A DNA stretch of 54,140 nt, filler included, from Bipalium vagum (Eukaryota), in the NCBI GenBank assembly GCA_037834085.1. It is 2 parts of 2 records of this genome, joined end to end, with 100 filler letters (N's around TTAATTAATTAA, not from the genome) between each part and the next. Parts side by side here need not be neighbours in the genome. Positions count along the whole stretch, not along the records: positions 1 to 27,227 come from JBBMKC010100244.1; 1 more part is not named here. The stretch is one strand, 5' to 3'. Made by a program: the position numbers and the translations under genes. Within the stretch, counting starts at the first letter, position 1. Every line of letters begins with the position of its first letter. Below are positions 11,441-26,075 of this stretch, in pieces. The notes under the pieces are model-generated. The model saw only the letters and a list, made by a program, of their open reading frames with translations. It made no database searches and had not been told where the DNA came from.

Positions 11441-12884
11441 ATATACAGTCAAATATCTAATAATAGCCAAAAATGGAAAAAAAAGAGTATGGTAAAAATA
11501 AGAGTTTTTAGAAATATTACTTATTACATAACTGATTACACAAAAAGTAATAAAATGGATAACAATTCCAAGCATTTATTCATAAAACATTTTTATGTTT
11601 CATAGTAAAGCAACCAATAGTTGAACTATGGTGATTTTTTAAAATAAATTCCTTTTAATATAACATTTCCAAGGTTAAATTTGTTTGAATAGTCAGACGT
11701 GTTAGAGAAATAAGTTATAAATAACTCATGCAGTTTAAACAAAAACTGAATATTTTTCTTTTTGTAAGTTTGTTTGTATTTCCTTTACCGAAGTCGGTAA
11801 AAGATATAAATGATAAATTGATTTATTTTTGATTTTTCAAGATTGTTCAAAAATATTTGCGTTCATGTTTTATTTTTATCAAAATCAAAGATGATATTAT
11901 CAACAATAAAATTAACTGAAAAAAAATTCATTTAAAATTTGTTTAAATCGCTCAGGTTTTCGCTGGATTTAACAAAAAACTTTCATCCATTAAAACAAGT
12001 CAATATTTCGTAATTCGTAAAATTTTTGTTGTCACAATCATTCTTTCTACTATCCCCTTTTCTTATTTACTTCATCTAACAACCGAATGTTTTGGTTAAT
12101 TATAAAATTAATTAATTATTAACATATATTAATACTCCAAAAGATTCGGTAAATATTTGAGCAATGATAATTATTCTGCTGCCCTTTTGTAATTATCCCA
12201 GAGATAATTGGAGATAACAATATTTAATGATAATTCTGTTTCGATATTTTAAATATCAACAAAAAGAATAATTACCAATAATATTATTATTTTAATTATA
12301 TTTTAACAGCACTGTGATATATTTTCATGGATGTAATCATTTACGGAATCGCGAATTTGCTTTTAGTTAGTTTTATTTCCGAATAAAAATAAATAATATT
12401 TTTTATTGAGACCATCATAAAATCTGACAGAACGAGAACAGAAAAAGTTGAACTTAAAACAAATTAAGTTTTCACTGTCCTTCTTGTGAGAAAATACCTT
12501 TCATTTTAAAGTTAATTATGTGATTAGGCAGATGGGCTAATTCTCGCTGTTTTATTAATAATACGAAGAAATTTAACAAAAATTTCCATATTTAGTATGT
12601 CCCATAAATACTTGTGAAATTGGAAACTCAATAAATTTTTCAAAACGTATTTTTATATTTTAAATTTTTAATTGTATATAATGTGGGGCTTTGTTTTAAC
12701 ACACTACTTTATTTTATATAATATAGCGCGAATTATACACGAATTTGGCATTGGAGGATAAACTTTTAATAATTAAATTAATATTTACATGGAGAGTTCG
12801 TTATGCAGACACGGCGTGCTTATCATTACATCAAAAATATAAAGAATAAGAATAAAAAGAAAATCCTTACTCTTCCGTAGAATA

Positions 12885-13310
12885 CTTGATTAACAAGTTT
12901 CTAAGAACAGGATGTATTTTTACATGAAATTTCATTCAAAATAGCGTCTATCATTGCTGACAACATTTTCCAACCTTTCTGGCAACAAATGAATTCTAAG
13001 ATAAAAAAACTTTTCTTCCTTTGAATTTACGCGATAATCACACCATTTCTCGACATCACAATGATTGTTGAAGTGCTGTTCTGAAAGATCATGCTGCATT
13101 GAGCTTCATTTGTGCGATGTCTGGTGAGTATAACGAATCCATCCAAATTCTACTATCGTACTCCCCACTAAAATAGAATTATGGGGTCGAGAAATATCAT
13201 GCTGTAAGGACAGCACATGGTCCCATGTCTATTGAAATAATCTGGCCGTTTTTCGTGCAATGCTTGCTTCAATTTTATTAATTTTTGTTTTTAACGACGA
13301 CCATCAAACC
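12885..13310 (-). mobile_element. mariner (Mos1-like) C-terminal fragment
   Basis: SMQHDLSEQHFNNHCDVEKWCD..SKEEKFFYLRIHLLPERLENVVSNDRRYFE*. Confidence 0.85.
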
Positions 13311-15029
13311 TTTTACGCTTGCTAATCTAACTTAAATTTTCAATGTGAAAAAAAAGGTTTTTCAACATATCTTCCAATATTAATATATAAAAAAGAATAT
13401 CAAACCTAAAATTCCTGAAAAATCCATTACGAATTTCCCCCCAGAAAATATTCTCTGATTTAAATCAATTTAAATAATTTAATTTATAAAATTATTTAAT
13501 ATTTGTAAAGAATTTTCCGTCCCCCACTGTCCTGGCAAATAAAATAATTTTTACGACCATTTCTTCTGGGAAAACCTTTCCAATTTCCGAGACTGTTTTG
13601 GACTTGAAACCATTACAGAAGTATTCGCAGGGGGTCGGCCTAATTAATTTAAATTTATCTCTGTAACTCATGATTTTATTGTATGTATTTAATTTTATTT
13701 ATATTATTTTATTTGGTTTATTTTTGACTACAAATGATGAATTGGTAATGTTAAGTGAAAATATCAAAATAAAACGATTTTTATTACTTAATTAAAACAA
13801 GATATTTGTTTTCTATTGCTCTGTTGAATCAAAGGTAGTAAGAAAAATAATTTTCCCAATACTTTTCACCGGTAAAGCTTGACTGAAACCCAAATTGTCT
13901 AATATCGGTCTTTCATCTTAAACCCTTTAACATCCCTGCGATCCCTCTGTGAAGACCCAATCTCCCGGCCTGGTTCGACGATATCACCAAAATGTGGAGA
14001 GTTTATCACTGGATCATTGACTATACCACGTCCAGGAATGTCGTTGTATGGATAATTAAAAGGAAAATCCTTAACTGATACAAATTCAGCGTGGCCGTGA
14101 CATATATAAAACGGTTTTCATTGACATTTTATAAAAAATGATAAATCTAAAATAAAACGGAAAAAATAACACGAAAAAGCACTGAATTTTCGCTGATCCT
14201 TATCTTGTACTTTAAGATTTACAGGATCCAAAGAATTCTGAAGATCCATAAAAAGATTATTTGAATTTTGTAAATGTTGTTTTTTGAAGAAAATTGCATT
14301 TTTTTTGCAAAGAAGACATTACGGAATGAATAAATTTTACATTTTCCATCAGACATTCTCGACAATTTCACTTTGCTGACATCTCTTATCTAATCATGAC
14401 CGCTCATGACCAAAGAAGGTTCCATTTCTTGCCAAAACATCAAACCCCGAACTCACCAAAATCAGTAAACCTTCACCAGGCCTATTTTACCGTGAGACGT
14501 GAAAGATAAACAAAAAATATAATTAAATATCGGAATATAAATATTTTCACAAATGCGCTCGTTTCATTGGTCAATATTCATGAAAAATAGTCTGCCATGT
14601 GAATTCATGAAAAAGATCGGCAGCTCCGTGTGACGATTTATTTACTTAGCTGACGCTGGGGGAAATAATTGATCAAACCCTCCCATATCAAATGTCTGAT
14701 AATCTAAACAATTTCTTTACCTGAGTTATTCCTTACACTAATTATGCATAAATGTTATATTATGAAAATATTATGTGATATATACAAAATTTATAATTGC
14801 TTTTCTGACAAATCTTCTTCGATAAAAATACGATGTTTTCACAAAAGCATAATGAACATTTTTTTTTGTTTTAATTGTCCCGGACCATGTCTCTATTTTC
14901 CTATATCATAGCTTGTACAGAACTTTTAATATTACAAATATTAAAGATTAAAACAAATTAATGTTCATAAAAGTATTAAAATTTTCATTATTAACAACGA
15001 CCTGAAAAATAAAATGATGTATTAGTAAT

Positions 15030-15520
15030 TTAAACAATTCATTATTATTATTAATTATTAATTATTAATTTTTAATTATTAATTATTATTTTTATGTTAT
15101 ATGTGATTATTTAATTAAAACTAACATTAGTTATTAATTATCAATAATCAATATATAATTAAATATTATTATTTATTAATTAATTATTAATTATTAATAA
15201 TTATTATTTAGTATTATTTATTATTAATTTATATTTAATTATTTAATTAAAATTAATAATAGTTATTAATGATCAATTATAATTTATTAATTATTTATGA
15301 AATATTATTTATTTATTATTATTATTTATTAATTATTAATTATATATTTTATTAATATAATATATTAATTATTAATTAAATATGATTGAGTATTGAATAT
15401 TATTAATTATTAATTATTAATGTTTATTAATTATTATTAAAGTTATTATTATTATTAATATTATCATTAATATTATTATAATTATTTTTATTTGATTATT
15501 TAATTTAAATTATCAAAAAT
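15030..15520. repeat. AT-only low-complexity / degenerate (TTA, TTAATTA)n microsatellite
   Basis: About 500 nt of almost pure A/T with recurring ttattaattatta units. Confidence 0.9.
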
Positions 15521-16308
15521 ATATAAAAATAATATTTTCAAAATTTCTGATCATGAAAAGAAAATGTAGAAAATTATCTCTTTGGATTTCGTGAATTTCT
15601 GAATAATATGAGAAAAATAAATAAATAATTATATAAGATTATTAAAACTAATAATTGAATTAAGACTGCTGATGGAAATGGGAAACATTTACATTCACCG
15701 GATAAAGCAATTTCTTCTACCAGACAAAATGTTTATAATATCAAATGGGAATTGTTTATGCTACTTTGATGCTTATGAATTTGCCCATATCTCATTCAGG
15801 GGGATATTTATGATATTTCTATATCAGTGACAATAATATGGTAGATAAATCTTAATCTCTTTCCAGACTGGGAGTAACCACCGGTTGTTTGATTATTCAT
15901 TTGGTTATGATAACGGTGGACGGGACCTATTAGTAAAGGTCATGAAGGTGGATGGTACTATTTCATTTGTATATGGCTATTATCTTGTAATTGTTAGACC
16001 CCCTCTGTGACGCTTTAGTAGAGTAATCCGATAAGACACTATATTTGATCTGTTATTAGTTTAGTGATATTTATGTTTTATATGTGGTCGTAGTACCAAA
16101 TAGTTGCTCGATTTTAGCATTGGTGATTAGTCTTACCAATTGAGGAAAAGTACGTAATGGCCCTCTGTCAGCATGGGTAATGATTTATTTACTAATTGGT
16201 TTGAACCCCGGTTTATACTTGTTTTTCTTCGCCTAATAATATAATATTATATTTAATATTGTAACGTTACATTTCTGATGATGTGACGGTTTGGGATGTG
16301 GAGCCGTA

Positions 16309-16383
16309 CTGGCATACTAGGTATCCGGTATGCACAGGAAAACCTGAACTTGGTCATATACCAGTATACCTAGTATGTCCTAG
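16309..16383. repeat. Short inverted repeat / hairpin (MITE-like)
   Basis: Left arm ggcatactaggtatccggtatg; the right arm reverse-complements to ggacatactaggtatactggtatatg; spacer about 22 nt. Confidence 0.65.
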
Positions 16384-17189
16384 TCTGCTTTAATCTGGAT
16401 GTAGTAACAGTAATTTAATCTTAATGTTGTTTATAATGATATAAATATAAGTTAAATTATTGGGAACGCTGTAGTTTTTAATTTTCTCAAAAGAAAGATC
16501 ATGACAGAAAATGTAAGATGAAAGTCTCTAAGACAGAAGTTTCCTGTGAAATAGAAATGCTCATCCAGTTCGAGGGAAAATTATGCTGAGTGCCATTGTG
16601 GGTCCTGTAGGTCATTATCAGCTATTATCTTATTTTCTCATTCCAACGAGGTTGTGTTGAGATTCAGAATATTAACAATCTGACGTAGACCTTCCCATAG
16701 TGAGCTCAGTTTGAAAGAACTCAGAGATCAAGCCCAAGAACTGAAAGAACCAGTTTATATTATTGCAGTATTATTGGTAATGGTGGAATTCTTTAACTGG
16801 TGAACAACTTTATCATAATAAATAAAAAGTTAATTCATAAAATATTTTTTGTTTTAATTTTTAATTAACTTCTGCATTTAAGGTCAGTGTATATTTTGAA
16901 CGAAAGTTGAATAGAGTTAACTTAAATAGCTGCGAGATCACAAGATCCATCCCAATCGGATCTCTTTCTTTGGTGATATCTAAAGAAAAAGGTTTATACA
17001 AGAAAATCAAAGAATCTGAAAGGTCTGATAAGTGCAATAGAAGAAGATTTAGTTAAAATATCTCCACAAAAGTGTAAAAGTGGTGACTTTTTTTATCATC
17101 GATCATAACATTGTGTTGATGTTATTAGTGAATGTTCTGCTGAAAAATATTAATTGTTAATAATTGTATTCCATTGTGCCGAAAATATA

Positions 17190-17760
17190 CAGTGTTATCC
17201 TAAGTATAATTAACAATACTCTAATTTACCACCCCCTTATTTTTAGCACTATCTAAAATTTACCACTAAATAAAAAATTCAATAAATTAGACAAAAACCC
17301 CTTAAATTATACCATTTTATTTGTTAAAATAAAATTGTTTAAAGTACTTTTTCGTAAGGGTGTTAAGTAACTATTTTTAAGCATACTAGAGCATTCATTT
17401 TCACTTTGGTTTTAGGAAAATGAATAAATCAATATCATTAAAGGAAAGAGCAGATATTGTTCGACATTTTCAATTCTTTCTCAATGCAAAACACACAGAA
17501 GTGGTCAGAACATTTTCAAGAAAATTTAAAAACCAGGTTAATAGGCGAAATATCTCTAATTATGTTAAAGATAAAGAAAAGATTTTAAAGGGAGAAATAC
17601 GTTCAGCTAATGCCAAAAATTGTAGTAAGCTTAAATTTCAAATTATCGACGAGGAAATACGTCTATGGTTTGAAATGCTAGAAGCACAAGGAGTATGCTA
17701 TAATAAAAAATTAATTACAGAAAAGGCTTTGCAATAGCGGTAATACATAAAATAGATAAT
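17190..17760 (+). mobile_element. pogo/Tigger element 5' portion (HTH + CENP-B-type HTH); ORF 17420-17737
   Basis: MNKSISLKERADIV..RRNISNYVKDKEKI..KFQIIDEEIRLWFEMLEAQGVCYNKKLITEKALQ is a typical pogo/Tigger DNA-binding region. TA|CAGTG terminus at 17188-17194. DDE domain absent. Confidence 0.85.
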
Positions 17761-17871
17761 TTGATTACTTTTTAAATCTGATACTTTCTACGAACCCTGT
17801 ATAATTTAATTAGCTTTCGATCAATAATGTCATGTAACATTATATAATAATAATCATATATTTTTTTTATA

Positions 17872-18845
17872 GGAACAATACCATCCACAAGAAGACTTGG
17901 GATTTGATCAATGAACCCTGCTTGGGGTCCAGTGGAAAACAATTTAATTTTGCTGGCTTATCTGATGGTACGTCAAAACAAAATATAAAAATTCTGGAAT
18001 AGTTTTTATGTGACAATTTTATATTATAATACTCAGATTAATTTAAAAAAACATTTCTGAGAAAACAATACTCAGTAAGCGAAACCAGGTCTTAAGATTC
18101 GGGCGACAGTTTGTGAACTATTTTCCAGATATGAGAATAAAGGAGCAAAAATGATACAAAGAGATATCACTTACTGATCTTATTTATTAAATTATATTTT
18201 TTTGTTTTAATGATCATCTGATCACTGCCTTTTGGGAAGATCTGAAAATCAATAAAAATGTCAATATGAGAAATTTATGGTTTCTTGGAGGTGGAAAATT
18301 TAAAGGAAATTCGATAGATCACATAATAAAGTTGTCTTCTCAATATCTCCAGGCTCGATATCACTGAAGTAAAACATTGCAAAGAGCCGAATCAATTTCT
18401 GTCGAATCTTGACAATATTACTTCTCGAGACTGCCTATTAATATCCTTGCCACTGGCCAAAAGCGGTAAGCAGAATTTTTTGTCTTTTCTCATGGAAAGA
18501 ATGATATATACCTCTGGGGATGATATATATCTGAAAGTATCAGATAATCAGAAAATTAACCTTATTCGGTTATTATTTATTGATTATGGTGAAATATGAA
18601 ATGGTAAAAGACTTCGATAAGGATATGTACAAGACAACTGATTCTCAGTTCAATTAAAATGATAATAATAAGGCATGAGTCCGAGTATATCTCCAAGAAA
18701 AAGAATCACTAACACAATTTGGAGAGAAACTTTTACCTATTGATGTTTCAGAATTATTAAGATTAAAGTTTGAAAACCTGTCATGGAATGTCCCGATTAA
18801 AGTCTCTGATCATGCTAAAAGTGCTCCTTGGTGTGATGTCATGTA
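17872..18845 (+). pseudogene. Decayed multi-exon gene-like region
   Basis: Exon-like block 17872-17967 (tag|...|gtacgt; NNTIHKKTWDLINEPCLGSSGKQFNFAGLSD) and a ~90-codon open frame at ~18330-18599 ending RLLFIDYGEI*. Confidence 0.3.
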
Positions 18846-20351
18846 CATTAATTATTTGGTGATTATTATTCTTAAGTATATCCGATTTTTAAAATAAGCA
18901 TTGCAACAAGTGATAAATTTCAAAAAATCTTTCACAACGAAAATTTTCATTAAACGATTATTTTCATTTTTAATTAATCGTTCAATCATTTTTGAATGGA
19001 CACAGAGGGAAACAAATCAATTCCATGTTAAATGTGAAATAGGCATGAGATAGTACATGAAAATGAAAATCGATGAGTCAAAACACAACGGAGGACTACA
19101 TGGGACTCTTCAGGAATTTGTTTTCAGAATGTTTCTACAAAGTTGAAATTATCGATGGTTGATGTGACTGGAATGCTGACACAAATACATTTTACTGTTT
19201 GTTTCTAATTAGAATGAACAAATCAGTAAAATGTTTAAAAAATAAATGTCATAATTTAAAAAAATACCTGCGAAACCCTGTATCATAAATGATTTTTGTG
19301 TAAAATGCTTACATTTTATTTATTTTTAAACATTATGTGATCATAAAAACTTTCATACTTCAATAACTGGCTTATGTGAGCCAAAAATTGTGAGTCGGAA
19401 AAAGTTTGTTGGTTTAATATTGCTGAATTAAGAAAAACGTTTAGGGTTTCAAGAAATTAGGAGACATGAATGACCATTCCCAAATTGGAGGACTGTGCGC
19501 TGCCAATGATCCATTGAACCAGAAAATACTCGCTCATTCTAGACGATCATTGAACGGTCAGATAATGAATTTATAAAATAACACAGGGGGAATTAATGAT
19601 TTATAATAAATTTTATTAATTTTAATATATTGATGAAATAATAGTGCAATATTAGGATAAAGGAAAGTATATGATTCATTGATCCGATTTATATTATTAA
19701 TATTTTACATTTCCCCTTTTATAATATTGCATATTTACCATTTAATAGATGAAATGGATCGTCTCAAGGAGCTAATGGCAATGTCGAAGGGTTTTGACAT
19801 ACCATGATCAGACGGTTTCAAAGCCTTTCATGATCAGATCAACGATGTTTTATTTGAATATTTAGTTAAAGTGGATGTGAAATGTTGTAAGCTATATTAA
19901 ATATCAGATGAGAAACGTCAATAAAACCAGTCTTGTCTTACCTTGAATGTACCACTTCAATAAATTGCTTTAGGATCCATAAAACCGTTTAACCATGACT
20001 TAAATGTTAATTAAACACGAATGATTTATCAAAATCACAGTTTGATATGAATAAATATTAAATTCCAAAGAACATATTCACTACTTAAGTGTAATAAAAC
20101 TGAGATAAAACTGGTTTTATTTTCTTTTACACAAATTCTTCATTAATCTTTACAATTTTTTAATGAAATTATTACCAAACAGAAAATGTTCATTTTTAAA
20201 TTTTAAATAAATTTTGTTTAAATTCTCTCGTATAAATTTGATAATTATTTAAAACTAAATGGATGCTTTGTTTTAATTGATATTTTGTACTTCTAATGAA
20301 TGCTTAATATTGTAAATTTTTGAAAGGTAAGACAAATGAATAAAAATAAGT

Positions 20352-20940
20352 AACCATGCCTTGCTTTCCGTTATAAACCGCGGCTTTTTAGAAAAAAATA
20401 TTTAAGAAATATAGGCCTATTAAAGGAATGCGCTTATTAGTAGAAAACTTTATTTATTAATGTGAAAAAATAATGAAACGAACATTTCAGTTAAAACAGA
20501 TCATTTATTAACACTCATCATACAATTCTGTATAATGCTCACTCATGAAATCGATAAGTTTTTTTATCTGTTCTTCTTTTACATCAACGCATTCTCCATG
20601 CGTTAACTAAAATATGTATCCGTATAATATTCGGTATGAAGAGTGAAATGTCGCTCTTCATCATCGATACTTATTTTTCTTAAATTCAATTTTTACACTA
20701 AGTATTCTAATGTTTTCCATACGTCCTTATGTCCACGTAATTCTCTTGTCATATGCTGGTCTTCTTATTGGGAATCTAAGAAAGGATTTCTCTACCTTTT
20801 TCCAACGTCTTACCATCGATTGCTTATTTCAAAAATTGATTTCTTTTTTCTGTTCCAATTTGTTTTAGTGAACTCAATCAAAAGTGTAGCTTTTCTGATA
20901 CTTCCATTGTGCAGTTAATTAATTTCGGCAAAATGTAAAT
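20352..20940 (-). mobile_element. Degenerate pogo-like element (internally deleted)
   Basis: Terminus taaccatgccttgctttccgttataaaccgcg resembles pogo TIRs; minus-strand 'VRRWKK' HTH-like segment and an acidic C-terminal tail. Confidence 0.45.
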
Positions 20941-20989
20941 TAAAAATATTTACTACAGTCGCGAGGCATTTCTTTAATTTTTGAAAAAT

Positions 20990-22113
20990 TTATTTATCTA
21001 TGTACAAATAAAATTCTGTAAATTAGGTGTTTCCATCTCTGGCTTAGTTTTAAAATTCCTCAATCATAGAAGGACTTATCTTCATTGTCAGAAAATTCAA
21101 CAATGTGCTGTTTTTAGACATCATCTGAATTGAACCGTATACAGCACATGGGATTTTGGAGAGAGAAATAACTGAGATGAGGTAAGCGTGGCGGTATAGC
21201 AACACGTTCAATTTAAGGTGTAGATTTTTTGATGGGTCATCAAACTAGTGTTTGACTTTGTATTATTATGATGGAACACAACTCTTTTTAAGCTAACGAA
21301 ATCTAAACGTTTCTAAATGATATCTCTGTTCAAATTGTCTAATTACTGACAATATACAATCGAATTGATAGTTGTATTCGTTGTACGAAGCTCAAAATAT
21401 AAGAAGCCTTTTCATTCTCACAAACTGAAGAGCACAAACTTCTTCATGTTTCTATTTCGGGAATCGAAACTTTAGAGCAAGAACACTTGGGTGTTACAAT
21501 GTGGTAAGCAATTTAATTTTCATCATCAGTTATCAAACAATCCATAAAGGGATTGCCTGCCTCACGTTTAATGAGCCTATGATAGATTTTTTTGAGTGCT
21601 GTTACATGAACTTCTTTGAATTCATGAGGAACCCAAAAGCCAAGCCTAAATACAAATTCCAGCTTCTTCAGGTGGCCATGAACAGTTTAATTATCAATAA
21701 TCAATATTTCGTCAATATTTTGAGTTGCATAATGAGAATTTTAATCAAAATATAATATTATTTTATCATCAAGTTTAGATAACTTTCCTGATTGGGAACC
21801 GTCGTTAATATCAAAGTCACCTACATAGAATTTATTGAACCAATGCTGACACTGACGTTCTTTGTGACTTATGTCACCATAAATAGATAAACTTTTTGTA
21901 AGTTTCTCGTTGTGATAAAGTCTAAAATGCATATCTTCATATTCCATTTCAAATTATTGCTAAATCTATGACAATTAAAACAAATCACACCAAAAGGTTT
22001 AATAACTGTTACATTTTATATAAGTAATACCAATTTCTCAAATTTTGCTGATTTCACTCATTTATTAACGTGTTCTTATTCTTCTGAATCAAAATAGCCA
22101 CAACAAACCTATA
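20990..22113 (-). mobile_element. Near full-length, heavily decayed mariner element
   Basis: ORF 21741-21947 MEYEDMHFRL..RQCQHWFNKFYVGDFDINDGSQSGK; downstream 'WVPHE', 'TDDEN*IAY', 'YFELRTTNTTINS', 'HHNN' remnants. Confidence 0.85.
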
Positions 22114-23259
22114 TTTCTTTATAATTACAATCTCTCTCTACAAAACAAAACAAAATGAATAATGTCTTTTGATTAATCGCAGTAATGATTATAATATTAA
22201 CAATCAATAAACTTTTAGATTGTTGAATATAATGATTATTAATATTAAAACGATATTTAAATGATTGTAAAAAGCACAATATTTTAATGTTAACAAGAAA
22301 TAAATTTTAAATAATTTAAAGAAACAATAATAATATTTTAAAATACTAAGAAATAGGAATTTACAAAAAATACTTTCACCCACGGAAAATAATGGGTCTT
22401 TGGGACTTCAGATAGGTTCTGAAAGAGCCATAACTTGACAAGACCCACATATAATCCTGTTTCAAAATAAGCATTTGAAGAAATCTGGAATTTTTCTGAC
22501 CAAAAATGAGATTAACAAAACTCGGAATTCTTCAATAAATAATTTCTCAAAAATAATTCTTTTTCTTTTTGGCTCGGTTCATTGAGGATTTTATCTTATA
22601 TAGATTGGCGAACGATCACCAATCTCTGAAATGCAGGAAAGTCTATTCCCGAAAATAAATAAAAAAACTTAAGATTATCACTGACTTTAATTGTAGCTTG
22701 ACACAATCTAGACGACGAGCTTACGTAATTTTTGGTACATTTTTATATTATTATAAAATTAATATTAAATAATTTTTTTATAATTATATTAATTTTTTAT
22801 ATAATTAACATTTTATTATTATAATTTTCTTATTATTTTTCTAACATTCAGATCCTACTGCTTTCTTTGAGCATCTTGCCTTTGGCGAACTCAACATAAG
22901 AAATTGATTTGTATTCTTTGATGAATAATATATCAATAAAATAATTGGAAATCAATATAGAACTTCTAAAAATAAACTATTTCCATCTTGCGAAAATACG
23001 TTACGACATTTCAAATATATAAAAATGATAAAGTAATGTTTACTATAGTTTCAAATATATAAACAAATAAATGAGGCTTATTAGAGACTTATGAAAAATA
23101 ATAAGTTTATATAAAAGCCGATTATTAGGAGAAGGTGCACATTGTAACGAAGATCAGGGCAAATAAATATAAAAACAAGAAACTATTATTTATTTTGAAT
23201 TGAAATTCACACATCTCTTAAACAAAAACTTAAGCAGACTACTAATTAAAAATAATTAA

Positions 23260-23430
23260 CCTGTTACATACTCCTTTATCTCTTCCCGATTTAAATGTAT
23301 CAACACCTTTTGAGAGGATTCTGTAATGACTTGATGGTGTTGCAAGCCTTTGTGTTGATCTGTAACTCAATTACGCCCCCTAGATAATAATCGGTAGAAT
23401 TGCAGTTAAGAGACCTTTGAATTCTTAAAA
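23260..23430 (-). mobile_element. IS630-Tc1-mariner (DD37D/maT-like) C-terminal fragment
   Basis: DYYLGGVIELQINTKACNTIKSL resembles the maT pattern 'DY..WG.LE...N...HN...SL'. Confidence 0.5.
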
Positions 23431-24256
23431 TTTTAATTCAATTAAAGACCTGTACTTTAATTTCTGAGGTTATAACTCTGGGTTCCTGATATTGATAATG
23501 ATTTGATTTAAGAAATTAAACGAAAGTGTTCGAAAATAATAATAGAAAGAAAAAGTATAAATTAAAAAAAAAGATTTAAAATTATAATACAGGCTCTTTA
23601 AAGACATTTTAGGAGCGATGATCTAACAGGCAGATGAAATGTTCTGTCGACCAGGTCGACCAAAATGAAGACTCTCAGTTTTGAATAAAAAAAATTATTA
23701 AAATAATTTTTCATTTTAAATGATAAAAATGAAAAATGAAAAATTATCCGTATATTTGAAAATGAGTTTCTTTTAGATATTTTCCAACTTTGTAAATTTA
23801 CATTAAAAACATTATGAACAATTTTATTCAGTCTCCGTCTGATGAATGATGTACTCGAAATAGATAAATGTATTTTCAATGGAAAAATTAAATATATCAT
23901 AAATAATTTCTAAAATAAAAATTTTGTTTTAAATAATTTCTTTTTAATTAAATGAAGCAAAATTTGAAGTTTTCCTTAAAACAAGATAATGTTTTAAATA
24001 TATTTTTTCTTGTTATCTTATAAGCTTTTCTGATGACGTCATTTTTGAAGTTTCCTTTTATTAGAAAATTTTTTGTGTAGATTTTTGAAAATAAAAACTT
24101 GTCAATGATATTGGGCTGGAAACGAAGTTTCCGGATCAAACTTCTTATAACAAAAACATTATTATTTAGTACTTCTTGACTTCCATACGTATATAAATTT
24201 ATTTATAGATAAATTTTTAAATAAGCCATATTTCAGCTCACATTTCAATATATAAA

Positions 24257-24780
24257 ATGTCCGATAAATCAAATATAAATTCGCATCTGTTACGAGAACA
24301 GGTAATTTTATAATTACAAATTAGATTTAAATGCCTACAAGATAAACCAAGAATTGGTCAACCGTCAATTATCGATAATGACTTATTGCGTGTATCTGTC
24401 GAAAAAATCAACAAGTAACATCACGCAAGCTTGCTAAGTATTTTGAAGGTAGTCATACTATCATTAACGTCATTTGTATGGTATTGGTAAAGTCAGGAAA
24501 CTTGATATCATCACCGGATTGACGTACGCAGGGTGCTGTTATTCAAAAACGTCGGTATGATTGGTTGAATAAAATAGTAACGACTAATGAAAAGTGGTGT
24601 TACTATTCCAACATTTCACGCAAAAGAAGCTGGTTGGACAAGGGTACGAATCCACAACTTCAGCCAAAGGCTGACCAACATCAAAAAAGATAATGGTTTC
24701 TGTGTGGTGGAGTTTGAATGGTATCATTTACTGGGAAATGTTAGGACAAAATCAGACAGGAGCTACCGAATTATACAAAG
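24257..24780 (+). mobile_element. mariner transposase fragment
   Basis: LQDKPRIGQPSIIDND.., WLNKIVTTNEKWCYYSNISRKRSWLDKG..PKADQHQK-IMVSVWWSLNGIIYWEML. Confidence 0.9.
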
Positions 24781-25879
24781 GATTTTAAATTTCTATTGTC
24801 AGTGTAAACTTTTCTGTTCATATTTTGTTTAAATCATGCCTTATATCAAAATTAAGAAAAACAAAATGTCTTCTGCCATTTACAAATGTCTTCAGAAAAG
24901 TACCAGGTTTTCCAATATTTTCATTGGGAAGGTGAATCTATATTTTATCTTATATTTTTTGTGATACTTTAAACAAATCTGTTTCTGTCAAATAATTATT
25001 AAATACTGACATTCATTTCAAGATCATTTAACACCTTTTATTGAATAATGGTCCATATTTGAGGTTTCATCTGAAAAATATTATAGAATATCTGATGAAT
25101 TTATTTTAGATGAAAAAATATTATTGTATATAAAATTTTTTAATTTTCTCCAATCATTTAGAACAATTAAAATATAATATTTATTAAATAAATAGTTTTA
25201 AATTTTAATATAATAATATTTGACCTAATGAGCAGCACACAATATCGCTTTATTTTGATTAAATCCACGATTGATCGTGTTAAGACTTTGTCTAACATTT
25301 CTTTTGGTATAACAAGTTATTAGTTTGTGTGTTTTACAAAAAATGTGATAATAAGATATGTATCTAAACGAGTCTGTCCTCATTTATTGATTTTTCATCT
25401 TCTTCAGTGTCTCTAACCATATATTCTTGTTGAGGAATCTTTAAAATTGTATCAAAACAATCGGTAATGGTAGTACGTTTTATTTAAACAAACGCAAGCT
25501 TTGAAGGAATTCTTGTTTCTGCATTTCATTCAATTTTTAAATTTCCCACTATAAATTTATTTAAACAAATAAACAAATAATCTTTAAATTTTAATAAAAA
25601 TAATTTTTTTCAGATGTTCTTTTTTATTAATTACTTTAAAGAATTTTGAGGTTAAATTTTAAGATTTTTAATATAAATTTAGAAATGGCCACGTTTGAGA
25701 GGCACACTGTAACCATTTTTGAAGCAATCATTTGAGAACAAAAATATCAAAGTTTCGAAAAAATAAAACTATTTATAAAGCATTATTTTATTTTTTTAAT
25801 TTATAAAATCTGAATATATTCAAGATCGCATTTAAACAACAATTTCCACATTTAAACAAAATTTGTGTGAATTAAACAC

Positions 25880-26075
25880 GAATTTGTGGGTACAAGCATA
25901 TTCAATTTTTATGATGGAACTTGATTTTCAAAAATCTCCACATTTAAAATCTCCGTAACGTATTTCTCTGCATTCAGATTTCCATCGATAAATAACAATC
26001 TTGATCTGAAGTCATATCCAATAGCACCCCAAACCATGACACTACCTCCACCATATCGACTTTCTTTTATTATGA
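25880..26075 (-). mobile_element. Tc1/Tc3-like transposase internal fragment
   Basis: SRYGGGSVMVWGAIGYDFRSRLLFIDGNLNAEKYVTEIL. Confidence 0.9.

Noticed and set aside
13850-14130. Merlin/IS1016 transposase suggested by 'DIVEPGREI' (minus strand)
   Set aside because: Lacks the following SD.W..Y and VNHS motifs; more likely an unidentified exon remnant.
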